This document shows, piece after piece, positions 1 through 8,952 of a DNA stretch of 64,000 bases. The first letter of the stretch is position 1. Every line of letters starts with the position of its first letter. The position numbers were made by a program, and so were the translations under genes. The stretch is from Ignavibacteriota bacterium (GTDB lineage: Bacteria; Bacteroidota; Ignavibacteria; Tepidaquicellales; Tepidaquicellaceae). The notes below the pieces were generated by a model that was not told where the DNA came from, ran no database searches, and saw only the letters and a program-made list of their open reading frames with translations. The DNA is taken from positions 19,655 to 83,654 of the forward strand of contig CAVVJW010000036.1 of assembly GCA_963748665.1 (NCBI GenBank), given 5' to 3'.

Positions 1-195
1 GCGCTTGCACTGGAATACCAACTGGCAGCCGACATTGTAGGTACAACTATAGCACCGTCAACTGAACATCTCATCAGATTAGGAGCAATTGCATTAATAC
101 GTACATTTTTAAATTACTTCCTTAACAGGGAAGTGAAAGAAGAAATGGAATTAAGAAAAACAATTATAGAAAAAGGAATGGTGGATGATAAGTAA
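1..195 (+). CDS. 3' end of an upstream membrane-protein gene (DUF1622-like C-terminus), partial at window edge
   Basis: Frame 1 is open from base 1 to TAA at 193-195 (ALALEYQLAADIVGTTIAPSTEHLIRLGAIALIRTFLNYFLNREV...). It is absent from the ORF track because the start lies outside the window. The family call is from memory of the DUF1622 pattern. Confidence 0.4.
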   Translation, partial: ALALEYQLAADIVGTTIAPSTEHLIRLGAIALIRTFLNYFLNREVKEEMELRKTIIEKGMVDDK

Positions 196-300
196 TCCTG
201 GCAAAAGAATACATTATATAGATAAAACAAAATAATACTGTTCCAGTGATTTAAAACAGATCCAAAATACGCTATTTTTAAAATTAAATAAAGAAAAAAC

Positions 301-2723
301 ATGAAAAAAGAAGATTTAAAAAAATCCACAGGAAAAGTAACAGTCGATAATGCACGAGTCGACAGGCTGAAAGAACAGCACATGAGCACGCCTCAGGAGA
401 TTGATAATGAGCGTATAAGGATTATGGCAGAGGTTTACGAAGGTACAGCCGGCTACCAGCAGATTCTCCGAAGGGCTAAATTCTTCGAGCAAGTGATTGA
501 AAGGAAGAAGTTGTACATCGACGAGAATATCATTGTGGGTAGTATGGCAAGTACTGTTAATGGTATTTACACCTATCCTGAATGGAATGTACAATGGATG
601 AAAGAAGAGAATACCGTTGAAAACTCAAAAACCGAAGAGGACCGAAAGGCAAATAAATGGGCACTTGAATATTGGGACAAGTGGGCATTAAGACCACGTG
701 CCGACGAAATCTTTATTAAAAAATATGGTTATGACCCCGATCCTGTTTACCAGTCAGGGCTTGTTGCTGAATTTATGTCGTGGCCCGGTGGCGGCGGTAA
801 CCTCAATTACCCCAGGGTTTATAACGAAGGACTTGCCAGCATGATGGCTGAAGTGAAAGAAAGGCAGATGGCTCTCGATATGCGTTTGCCGAATGCTTCA
901 AAGTTCTATTTCTACGAAGCAAGTCTCATTACCATGAAGGCTGTTATCCGTTTAGCACATCGTTATGCTGAACTGGCCCGCGAAATGGCGGCAAAAGAGA
1001 AGAACGAAACCCGTAAAGCAGAACTTTTAGCTATTGCCGAAACCTGCGAATGGGTTCCGGAACACCCGGCACGCAACCTGCGCGAAGCCATTCAGTGCCA
1101 TTTCCTCTGCCATATCTGTGCCGAAATCGAACAGGTGGGATGCGGATATTCCGAAGCTTACCTGGGCCAGAACTTGGAGCCTTTCTATAAACGCGATCTG
1201 GAAGCCGGTTTAACAAGCCCCGAAGAGGCAACCTATTTATTGAAACTTCTTTTTATAAAGCTGAACGAAATAGGTTATTATTACGGAGCAAAAGTGGCTC
1301 TGCAAAACTCTGCCGACCTGGGTCAGAGTATTTCCCTCGGAGGTTTTACCCTGGATGGTGAAGATGCAACTGCGGCTATGGACTTCCATATCCTTGATGC
1401 TGCAAATTATCTTCATTTGCCACAGCCCCCGCTCACCTGTGTTTACACCGAAAAGATGAGTGGCAAATTCCTGGAAAAGGTTCTCGATGTAATAGGTACG
1501 GGTATCGGAATGCCCCAGTTTGTAAATGGAAATGTGATGATGTTGCGGGCTTTAAACCTATTTGCCGATTCCGAAAAAGGGCTTACACTCGAAAAAGCCA
1601 GACGCACCTGTATCGGAGCTTGTGTAGGAAGTTATATCCCATACGAAACCGGACACCCGGTTGAAGGACAACCAAATCTTGGAAAAGTACTTGAACTTAC
1701 CCTGAACGATGGTTTCGATCCACGTCTGAAAAAACAGATCGGACCAAAGACCGGAAATCCGGAGAAATTTAAAAATTTCGAAGAATTGTATTCAGCCTTT
1801 GAGAAACAACTCCAGTTCTGCGAAGATACGCTGAGAAGAGAAGCCTGGATCGCCAGTATTCTGTGTGCCGAATACCTGCCTGTTACCTGGCGTTCGCTTC
1901 TTACCGGTGGCTGTATTGAAAAAGGCACCGAAGTATGGAATGGAGGAGCCAATTATTACACCGTTGCCCAGATTGTTGTGGGTGGTATTGATGCTTCGAA
2001 CGGGTTAATGGCTGTTAAAAAACTGGTTTACGACGATAAAAAAATAACCATGGCCGAGTTGTTAAAAGCGCTGGCAGCCAACTTTGAAGGAGAATATAAA
2101 CAAATAGGTAAAATGTGTTACGAGGCTCCCAAAGCATGGTAACGACATTCCCGAAATGAACCGTTTCACCCGCAGGGTATATAACTCTATTTACCAGGCA
2201 TTCCAGAATGTAGAAGGAGGAGGTAATTACATCAGCAAAGACATCAAATCGGCACCCGATGCTTATACCAAGAGTATCCACAACCTGATGGGGCTTGGTA
2301 ACCGGGGCATTGCCTACCGGTAAAAAAGCCGGGGTTGCACTTTCCGATGGCAGTTTGTCGGCTATGCCGGGCACCGATGTCAACGGACCTACCGCATTGG
2401 TGATGTCTGCGGCAAAAAGTATGGATTCCATCAAGTTCACTGCAACGCACATGAACATGAAACTCCCTCCTGAACAATTGAAAACACGCAAGGGCAGAGA
2501 AAATGTTCTGAATCTGGTTAAAACCTATTTCGACAATGAAGGTTATCATATTCAGTTCAATGTGCTCGATACCAATATCCTGAGAGATGCGCAAAAACAT
2601 CCGGAAAAATACCGTGACCTGGTGGTTCGTGTAGCCGGTTTCAGCGCCTTCTTCACCAAACTGCACGTGGGCGTGCAGAACGAGGTCATCGAACGGACCC
2701 TGCAGAGTTTCGAACAGCATTAA
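301..2723 (+). CDS. Glycyl radical enzyme (PFL fold), copy 1; frame broken twice as assembled
   Basis: ORFs 301-2142 and 2295-2723 plus a bridging frame 2135-2290 (..PKHGNDIPEMNRF..) reconstruct about 807 aa. Glycyl-radical motif RVAGF at 2628-2642. Cys loop IGACVGSY at 1609-1635. Long conserved blocks are shared with the GRE at 34924-37410 (RYAELAREMAA..IAETCEWVPEHPARNLREA). Breaks at about 2134 and in the G4 run 2290-2293. Confidence 0.9.
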
Positions 2724-2742
2724 GAATTTAAGAAGTTACAAA

Positions 2743-2778
2743 GTAAGGCATGGCGATGTGTCATGCCTTACTTTTTTC
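2743..2778 (+). terminator. Rho-independent-type hairpin directly after GRE1
   Basis: gtaaggcatg (2743-2752) / catgccttac (2762-2771), a 10-bp stem, followed by tttttt. Confidence 0.8.
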
Positions 2779-2818
2779 CGATTAAAAAAGTTTTAGTAAA
2801 AACACTAAAAAATATATT

Positions 2819-3986
2819 ATGAGTACAGATACAGGACAAAAGCGCGTTGCCATTATGGTAGGTGCCGGTTACATTCCCGGAATAAATGCTGTAGTTGCAG
2901 GTGCCTCACTTGCTGCCGGTAAATTAGGATGGGAGTTGGTGGGCATCCTCGATGGATTTGAAGGTATTCTTCATCCCGAAAAATACCCCGAATGGCGGAT
3001 TAATTCCGATCGATCCCCGGAAATTGAACCTCGATCCAAATACAAGCAGTGTTCTGGGCCAGTCGGCACGGATTGATCCGTTCAATGTTCGCACCATCAA
3101 CGAATTGGAAATGGTTGAGGAAGTGGATATGTCGGATGAATTACTGAAAAAATTAAAAGCGGAAAAGATTGATGCAGTTATTTCGATAGTTGGCGGAAAA
3201 GGTATGAGTATTCTTTACCAGCTTCACAAAAAAGGTTTGAATACAGTATGTGTTCCCCGTTCCATCGAAAACGAAATTGCATCCACTTCGGTATCATTCG
3301 GGTTTAACACGGCACTTACTTTTACCATCGATATGCTCGACCGTGCACGCCTGGCGGCAAGGGCTGCCCATAAAATTGCAGTGGTTGAGGTACAGGGAGA
3401 GGAAGCCGGATGGATTGCCTTACAAGCAGGTATTGCAGTTGCTGCCGATGCGGTGCTGATTCCTGAGATTCCGGTGGATCTTAAGCATGTAGCAACACAC
3501 CTGAAAGCTAAGATGTCAGGCAAAAAGTCCTGGGGTTTGGTAGTTGTGGCGCAAGGCGCAAAATTAATCAATCAGAAGAAAAATGAAGAAAAAGTTTCAT
3601 CACTTAAAGCTTCGTTATCGCCACTGGCAACCAGCGATTCCAACAGTGAATACGTGATTCATAAGTCAGGTCAGGCAGCACAGGCTGTGGCTGAAGGATT
3701 GCAACTGCGTATAGCCGAGGAAACTTTTCCGATGGTAATTGGTCCCTGGGTCAGAGGCGGTTCACCTTCGGCGGTCGATCGCCAATTGGGTGTAGCTTAT
3801 GGTGCAGGAGCAATTCAGGCACTGGAAGCCGGCAGTAACGGGGTAATGGTGTCGTTTGTTCCACCTGATGTTAAGTTCGTTCCGCTTGCTGAAGCCATCA
3901 ACAAAGTAAGGACAATACCCGCTGAAAGCATGTTTTTTCAGGTTGCAAATTCACTTGATATTTACTTTGGAAATAAGGAGGCATAA
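2819..3986 (+). CDS. PFK-family (phosphofructokinase-fold) protein with degenerate kinase motifs, paralog A; one frame break
   Basis: ORFs 2819-3076 and 2952-3986 join at the C4 run 2986-2989 (HPEKYP|NGGLIPIDP). PfkA-like core is present: IDAVISIVGG, CVPRSIENEIAST, FGFNTAL, KIAVVEVQGEEAGW, VRGGSPS. But GGD is GAGY, GGDGS is GGKGM and MGR is QGE. Confidence 0.8.
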
Positions 3987-3988
3987 TT

Positions 3989-4945
3989 ATGACAAATCAA
4001 GCAAAAAATATATTGGAGGTAACAGGAACAGTACTGAATATCCAACGGTATTGCAGCCACGACGGTCCCGGCACACGTACAAACGTTTTCATTAAGGGTT
4101 GTTCCCTGCGATGCAAATGGTGCGGAAATCCGGAAAGTATCCGGATGAAGCCGGAAGTTTCGTACGACCCAAAAAAATGTGACGGAAAGAAGTGCAGTAT
4201 TTGTCTGAAAGCACCATTCCCCGAAGGCGGTTTTTATTTTGCAGAGGGTGATGATACAAAGGTAAAAGTCAACTGGCAGTTGGCCGCAGGAGTAAAACTG
4301 GAAATTGCCTCACTTTGCCCCACCGGTGCACTCGAAATGTTTGGTAAAACCATGACCGTTGGAGAAGTAATGGACGAAGTGGAAAAAGACTCCTCCATTT
4401 ACCGAAATACCGGCGGAGGTATGACGATAAGCGGCGGCGAGGTAATGCTTCAGCCGGATTTTGCTGCAGCTTTGCTGCAGGAAGCACACAACCGCGGCAT
4501 TAATACTGCCATTGAAACAGCCTGCAATGCACCATGGTCTTTCCTTGAGAAAGTACTTCCTCATGTTGATACAATGCTTCACGACCTGAAACTGATGAAT
4601 TCAGAACGACATAAAAAATGGACAGGGGTGGGCAACGAGCGAATTCTGGCAAACTTCAAAAAAGCTTATGAAACGTTTCCTGACATAGATTTTATTGCCC
4701 GTACGCCGCTAATTCCCGGTGTAAATGCAGATGAGGAACATATACGTGGTGTACTGGAATTCATAAAACCGCACAAAAACGTGATTGATTACGAATTGCT
4801 GCCCTACCACCGTTTTGGGCTTGGTAAGTATGAATCTCTTGGTGTAGTTTACGAACTCGACGATTACAAAACACCTTCGGATGAAGTAGTAAAAAGGTTT
4901 CAGGCTATGATCGATGAAGCGTTTGGACGGACTCAAGTAAAATAA
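3989..4945 (+). CDS. Glycyl-radical enzyme activating enzyme (radical SAM), copy 1
   Basis: 318 aa. Activase signature CSHDGPGTRTNVFIKGCSLRCKWCGNPE (CX3CX2C), plus an auxiliary Cys cluster CDGKKCSIC...LCPTGA. Starts 2 nt after the paralog A stop. Confidence 0.9.
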   Translation: MTNQAKNILEVTGTVLNIQRYCSHDGPGTRTNVFIKGCSLRCKWCGNPESIRMKPEVSYDPKKCDGKKCSICLKAPFPEGGFYFAEGDDTKVKVNWQLAAGVKLEIASLCPTGALEMFGKTMTVGEVMDEVEKDSSIYRNTGGGMTISGGEVMLQPDFAAALLQEAHNRGINTAIETACNAPWSFLEKVLPHVDTMLHDLKLMNSERHKKWTGVGNERILANFKKAYETFPDIDFIARTPLIPGVNADEEHIRGVLEFIKPHKNVIDYELLPYHRFGLGKYESLGVVYELDDYKTPSDEVVKRFQAMIDEAFGRTQVK

Positions 4946-5009
4946 AAGAAATCAAAACGGAATATTGGTAAAAACAGTAAAATAAAATTTCAGATTAAAA
5001 GGAAATTAT

Positions 5010-6137
5010 ATGATTAAGAATTTAGGTCACGCAGGTACACATAGACGCATTGCTATCAATATTGGGTCAGGGTTCGTCCCGGGAACAAATGCAGTTGTTA
5101 TGGGTGCGGCCATTGCAGGTGGTAAACTGGGGTGGGAGATGATCGGCATCCGGGATGGATTTGAAGGACTTCTTTTTCCAGACCGGTATCCCAATGGCGG
5201 ATTGCTTGCACTCAGCCCCGAACTGATTGAGAACCTCGATCCCGCCACCGGAGGAATCCTTGGCCAGGCGCCAAGAGTTGATCCATTTCATACAACTTCT
5301 TTTAATGGCGGAGAGATTGATTTTTCTGATAAAATATTAACAAGGTTTAAGGAAGCAGACATAGATGCGTTAATTTCAATCGTGGGTGAACAGGGGCTTG
5401 GCATTCTCCAGAATCTGCATCATAAAGGGCTTCATACAGTTTGCATTCCACGTTCGATTGAGAACGACATTGCTTCAACTGCTGTATCGTTCGGGTTTAA
5501 CAGCGCCCTCAGTGTTACTATAGAAATGCTTAATAAGGCTTATCAGGCTGCCAAATCTGCCCGTAAGATTGCAGTAGTGGAAGTTCCGGGTGAGCAGGCA
5601 GGATGGATTGCGTTGCAGGCAGGTATTGCCGTACGTGCCGATGCTGTTCTGATGCCTGAAATTCCGTGCGACCTGAAAAACCTTGCTATGCGATTAAAAG
5701 ACAAAATATCTGACCGTAGGTCTTACGGTCTTGTAGTGGTTGCAGAAGGAGCTAAATTAATTGATTATCCTGAAAACCCTGATGACCAGTCATCCGCAAT
5801 TTCACCGGAAACAATAGCGATTGGCCAAGTGGCTGGCACTGTTGCGTCAAGGCTTCAAAAACTGATAACTGAAGAGACTTATCCGTTGGTAATTGGTGCT
5901 TGGGCAAGGGGTGGGAATCCAACTGCAACTGACCATCAACTTGGGATGGCATACGGCGCGGGATCAGTTCAGGTACTGAAAGCTGGACAAAATGGGGTAA
6001 TGGTATCTTTTATACCACCCGATATCGGATTTGTGCCGCTGAAAAATGTTGTTGACAAAGTGAGAACGGTACCAGCTGAAAGCGAATTTATGAGAATTGC
6101 TCAGTCACTTGGTATCTACCTTGGAAACCGCTTATAA
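5010..6137 (+). CDS. PFK-family protein with degenerate kinase motifs, paralog B (intact)
   Basis: 375 aa. Motifs GSGFVPGTNAVV, IVGEQGLGIL, CIPRSIENDIAST, KIAVVEVPGEQAGW, ARGGNPT. Same architecture as paralogs A, C and D. Confidence 0.8.
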   Translation: MIKNLGHAGTHRRIAINIGSGFVPGTNAVVMGAAIAGGKLGWEMIGIRDGFEGLLFPDRYPNGGLLALSPELIENLDPATGGILGQAPRVDPFHTTSFNGGEIDFSDKILTRFKEADIDALISIVGEQGLGILQNLHHKGLHTVCIPRSIENDIASTAVSFGFNSALSVTIEMLNKAYQAAKSARKIAVVEVPGEQAGWIALQAGIAVRADAVLMPEIPCDLKNLAMRLKDKISDRRSYGLVVVAEGAKLIDYPENPDDQSSAISPETIAIGQVAGTVASRLQKLITEETYPLVIGAWARGGNPTATDHQLGMAYGAGSVQVLKAGQNGVMVSFIPPDIGFVPLKNVVDKVRTVPAESEFMRIAQSLGIYLGNRL

Positions 6138-6163
6138 GCAGAACATGATGTTGTGGATGGAGA

Positions 6164-7420
6164 ATGAAAAAATCTGAACTTAAAGAAACGAAATCAAAAA
6201 GCGACAACTTTAATTCAAAAAGTTTAACGATGGAAAATATCAAAATATCAGAAGATGTTTACGAAAAACTGGCAGATGCGCTTGATGCACTTCCAGCCGG
6301 TTTTACCAGAACTCCCTCTAAATCGGAAATAAAACTTATCAAGATGGTCTTTTCTCTTGAGGAGGCTTTTGTTGCAAGTACTTTAAGCCGCAAGCTCGAG
6401 ACAGCTGACGAAATTGCCAAACGGCTTGTTCTTCCCGTAGATAAAGTGACCGAATTGCTCGAGGGAATGATACCTCGTCGTATGGTAAAAGCTGACACGC
6501 TTGCCCTTGAGACAGGTGTTAAAGGACTTGGGAAAGTAGAAGCAAAACCTGGTCAGACAAAAGAAGAGAGCGTGAAGAAATACAGACTCTTTCCTTTCCT
6601 TGTTGGCTGGTATGAATCGTATCTACAGGAGGTTAAGCCTGAGACTCCAGAATTTGCAAGAATTTTTGAGCAATATGTTATAGAAGGCGGAGGCGAAAAA
6701 ATCTTTGCCCCGCGTCCAGGACCGCAGGGCACCATCCCATACCGTGGCTCTCTAAAACCTGAGTGGCTAAAAAAGGAACCTCACAACGATATTGACGCCC
6801 ACTTCCAGCGGCACGACCGTTTCCTTGTACTCGATTGTGTGTGCAAGAAAGAGAAAGCTGCTGCTCACGGACATAGCTGCCACATGCCCAACAAGCGATG
6901 TGGTTTCGTAGGTATGCCTCCCGTGGTTCCTCTCTCTGAAAATGTGCTAAATCGCGAAGAAGCCATCAAACTCTGGAATGAGTTAGATGCCATGGGAACA
7001 ATGATGATTCAGGGTTTCTATGGATTCACAATGGGAGCGGAGGAACCTCAGTTCGTCGGCGGCTGTCACTGCTGCGGTTGTTGCTGCACAATATTGCAGG
7101 GAGGTCGTATGGGCAAACTTACTGAATCTGTTGAGAGATCGAATTACCGTGTAGTGAAGGATTATGACAAATGTACAAACTGCGGGGAGTGTATCAGGCG
7201 CTGCCAGTTCTTTGCACATAAATGGGAAAAAACTAAAGATGGAAAAATATCGGTTTATGACAGAGATAAATGCGTCGGATGTGGATCCTGCGGTCAGGGA
7301 TGTTTATCGGGTGCGCTCCACCTTGAACCGGTTTCCGAGGAGGAATGGTTACAAGTTCCTTCAAGTTTTATTGGATGGGAAGAAGCGCGATTAAAGAATA
7401 TGGGAATGATTAAGGAATAA
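6164..7420 (+). CDS. Cys-rich Fe-S protein 1 (N-terminal helical domain plus C-terminal 2x[4Fe-4S] ferredoxin motifs); family unassigned
   Basis: CTNCGECIRRC...CVGCGSCGQGC (two CX2CX2CX3C motifs). Additional CVCKKE..C..C and CHCCGCCC (7064-7087) clusters. The N-terminus DVYEKLADALDALPAGF is shared with 10150-11275. The true start may be ATG 6230 (MENIKISEDVY). Confidence 0.7.
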   Translation: MKKSELKETKSKSDNFNSKSLTMENIKISEDVYEKLADALDALPAGFTRTPSKSEIKLIKMVFSLEEAFVASTLSRKLETADEIAKRLVLPVDKVTELLEGMIPRRMVKADTLALETGVKGLGKVEAKPGQTKEESVKKYRLFPFLVGWYESYLQEVKPETPEFARIFEQYVIEGGGEKIFAPRPGPQGTIPYRGSLKPEWLKKEPHNDIDAHFQRHDRFLVLDCVCKKEKAAAHGHSCHMPNKRCGFVGMPPVVPLSENVLNREEAIKLWNELDAMGTMMIQGFYGFTMGAEEPQFVGGCHCCGCCCTILQGGRMGKLTESVERSNYRVVKDYDKCTNCGECIRRCQFFAHKWEKTKDGKISVYDRDKCVGCGSCGQGCLSGALHLEPVSEEEWLQVPSSFIGWEEARLKNMGMIKE

Positions 7421-7524
7421 AATAATATTAATTCAAAACAAATATAAGACCTGAATAATCAGATATAGTTTTATAAAAATTACACCTATTAAATAAAGGA
7501 TCATTAAATAAAAAGAGAAATGTT

Positions 7525-7602
7525 ATGATTAAAACGCCTTTGGATGAAGTAGTAAAAAAGTTTCAGGCTATGGTTGACGAGGCATTTGGAAGAATTACTT
7601 AA
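7525..7602 (+). pseudogene. Relic of the 3' end of a GRE-activase gene
   Basis: MIKTPLDEVVKKFQAMVDEAFGRIT* matches the activase-1 C-terminus YKTPSDEVVKRFQAMIDEAFGRTQVK. Nucleotide similarity to 4866-4945 is visible (ggatgaagtagtaaaaa.gtttcaggctatg). Confidence 0.7.
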
Positions 7603-7660
7603 AACATTTCAACATCAATAAATTAAATAAAAGTCCATACCTTGTCAGAGTTGATTGACA

Positions 7661-7682
7661 GGGCAGGGCTCAATAACAAAAA
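7661..7682 (+). promoter_or_regulatory. Candidate shared cis-element (22-mer), copy 1, 36 nt upstream of permease 1
   Basis: gggcagggctcaataacaaaaa matches 14259-14280 (ggccaggtctgaataacaaaca) at 19 of 22 positions. Confidence 0.25.
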
Positions 7683-7717
7683 GGCAGGTTTGAATTTGTA
7701 TAATAATATTAAAAAAA

Positions 7718-8596
7718 ATGACAGTTAGCACCATTTTTAATGTTGTAGTTATAATCTACTCGATGTCCAATTTGGCTTCACTGGGGATGGAACTCAATAT
7801 ACGTGAAACCATCAGGTCGCTGAGCAACTTCAGGCTTATCATTTTTATCTTGTTTTTCGGTTGGATTGCAGGACCGGTTTTTGCACTACTTCTTGCAAAA
7901 GTCCTTCCGATGGATACTTCCTACGGCACAGGACTGATTATTTCCAGCCTTGCTCCGGTTGCACCGTTCTTTCCAATTCTGATGCGAAAATCAAACTCAG
8001 ATAAAGACTTTGCGGGCGCACTAATGCCATTAGCCATGGTTGCCACGGTGGTCCTGCTGCCTTTAATTGGTTCATTTATGATTAAGGGCCTTACGGTTAA
8101 TATGTGGTCTTTGGCCAAACCACTTCTACTGTTGATATTGTTGCCGCTTGTTAGTGGAATTTTGCTAAGATTGTATGCAATCCGTTTTACCGACAAAATT
8201 TTTCCTGCTATGAAGCGTCTTGCCGGTATCACTACTTTGATTGCAATGCTTTTTGTACTGGTACTTTATTTTCCTGACTTCATCAGTATACTCGGTAGTT
8301 TTGCCATTGGCGCTCACATTATCTTTGTGTTCGGAATTATGTTTATTTCGTATTACTTAAGCTTCGGTCTAAAAAAGAATCAGGCCAGTGCCATAGCCTT
8401 GGGTATGGGTAGCAGGAATCCTGCCGCAATGCTGGTAGTGTATATGGCCTTACAAATCACAGATCCAAAGATGTTGCTCATGATACTGCTTGCTGGTCCG
8501 ATACCGGGAATTGCATCCTATTTTATGACAAAATATTTTGGTTCAAAAAACGTTAAAAAACAATTTATAAAATCCAAAAATGTAGAAAATTATTGA
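7718..8596 (+). CDS. BASS/ACR3-fold (bile acid:Na+ symporter family-like) permease 1
   Basis: 292 aa, polytopic. Contains LGMELN..., SSLAPVAPFFP and GMGSRNPAAML patterns typical of the SBF/BASS fold. Paralog of 11333-12211. Confidence 0.55.
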   Translation: MTVSTIFNVVVIIYSMSNLASLGMELNIRETIRSLSNFRLIIFILFFGWIAGPVFALLLAKVLPMDTSYGTGLIISSLAPVAPFFPILMRKSNSDKDFAGALMPLAMVATVVLLPLIGSFMIKGLTVNMWSLAKPLLLLILLPLVSGILLRLYAIRFTDKIFPAMKRLAGITTLIAMLFVLVLYFPDFISILGSFAIGAHIIFVFGIMFISYYLSFGLKKNQASAIALGMGSRNPAAMLVVYMALQITDPKMLLMILLAGPIPGIASYFMTKYFGSKNVKKQFIKSKNVENY

Positions 8597-8856
8597 ATAT
8601 GGAGAAAACGGGATTAAGCTTCAAAGCAAAATTAAAATTTTATACTTGTAAGGGCAGTGGTGATTGTATAAAGGCATGTCCTGAGAAAGCAATAAGTGAA
8701 GGTCCTCAGCGTATGCCTTCAGCAGTATGTCTTTCCAGCGGAAAGTATGAGATGTTACCAGGGAGAGCGATTATTGATGAAAACAAATGTACAGGTTGTG
8801 GTGATTGTGTACCGGTATGCCCTAATCATGCAATTGAAATGGCAGCAGTGTCATAG
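8593..8856 (+). CDS. Small 2x[4Fe-4S]-type ferredoxin
   Basis: CTGCGDCVPVCP and CKGSGDCIKACP motifs. The track start TTG 8593 overlaps the permease stop. ATG 8599 is the more likely start. Confidence 0.65.
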   Translation: MNMEKTGLSFKAKLKFYTCKGSGDCIKACPEKAISEGPQRMPSAVCLSSGKYEMLPGRAIIDENKCTGCGDCVPVCPNHAIEMAAVS

Positions 8857-8952
8857 GGATATTATTTATGGTCAGCCGATAAATATACTTCGGTTGGCTG
8901 AATTCTGAACTTTTAGATTATTACAGAATAAAGAAAGGGATAGAAAATTATT

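Noticed and set aside
2015-2720. Long minus-strand ORFs (2015-2491, 2244-2720) and other antisense ORFs (316-594, 1031-1231, 1632-1952) inside GRE1.
   Set aside because: They lie antisense to a strongly supported GRE coding frame, have no recognisable motifs, and are typical shadow ORFs of a G+C-richer gene.
7164-8908. Alternative-frame ORFs 7164-7394, 7921-8232(-) and 8696-8908.
   Set aside because: Each is nested in, or overlaps, better-supported genes (Fe-S protein 1, permease 1, ferredoxin) and carries no motifs.
8860-8952. ggctgaattctgaac upstream of PFK-fold C as a third copy of the 22-mer cis-element.
   Set aside because: Only about 8 scattered positions match, which is indistinguishable from chance.
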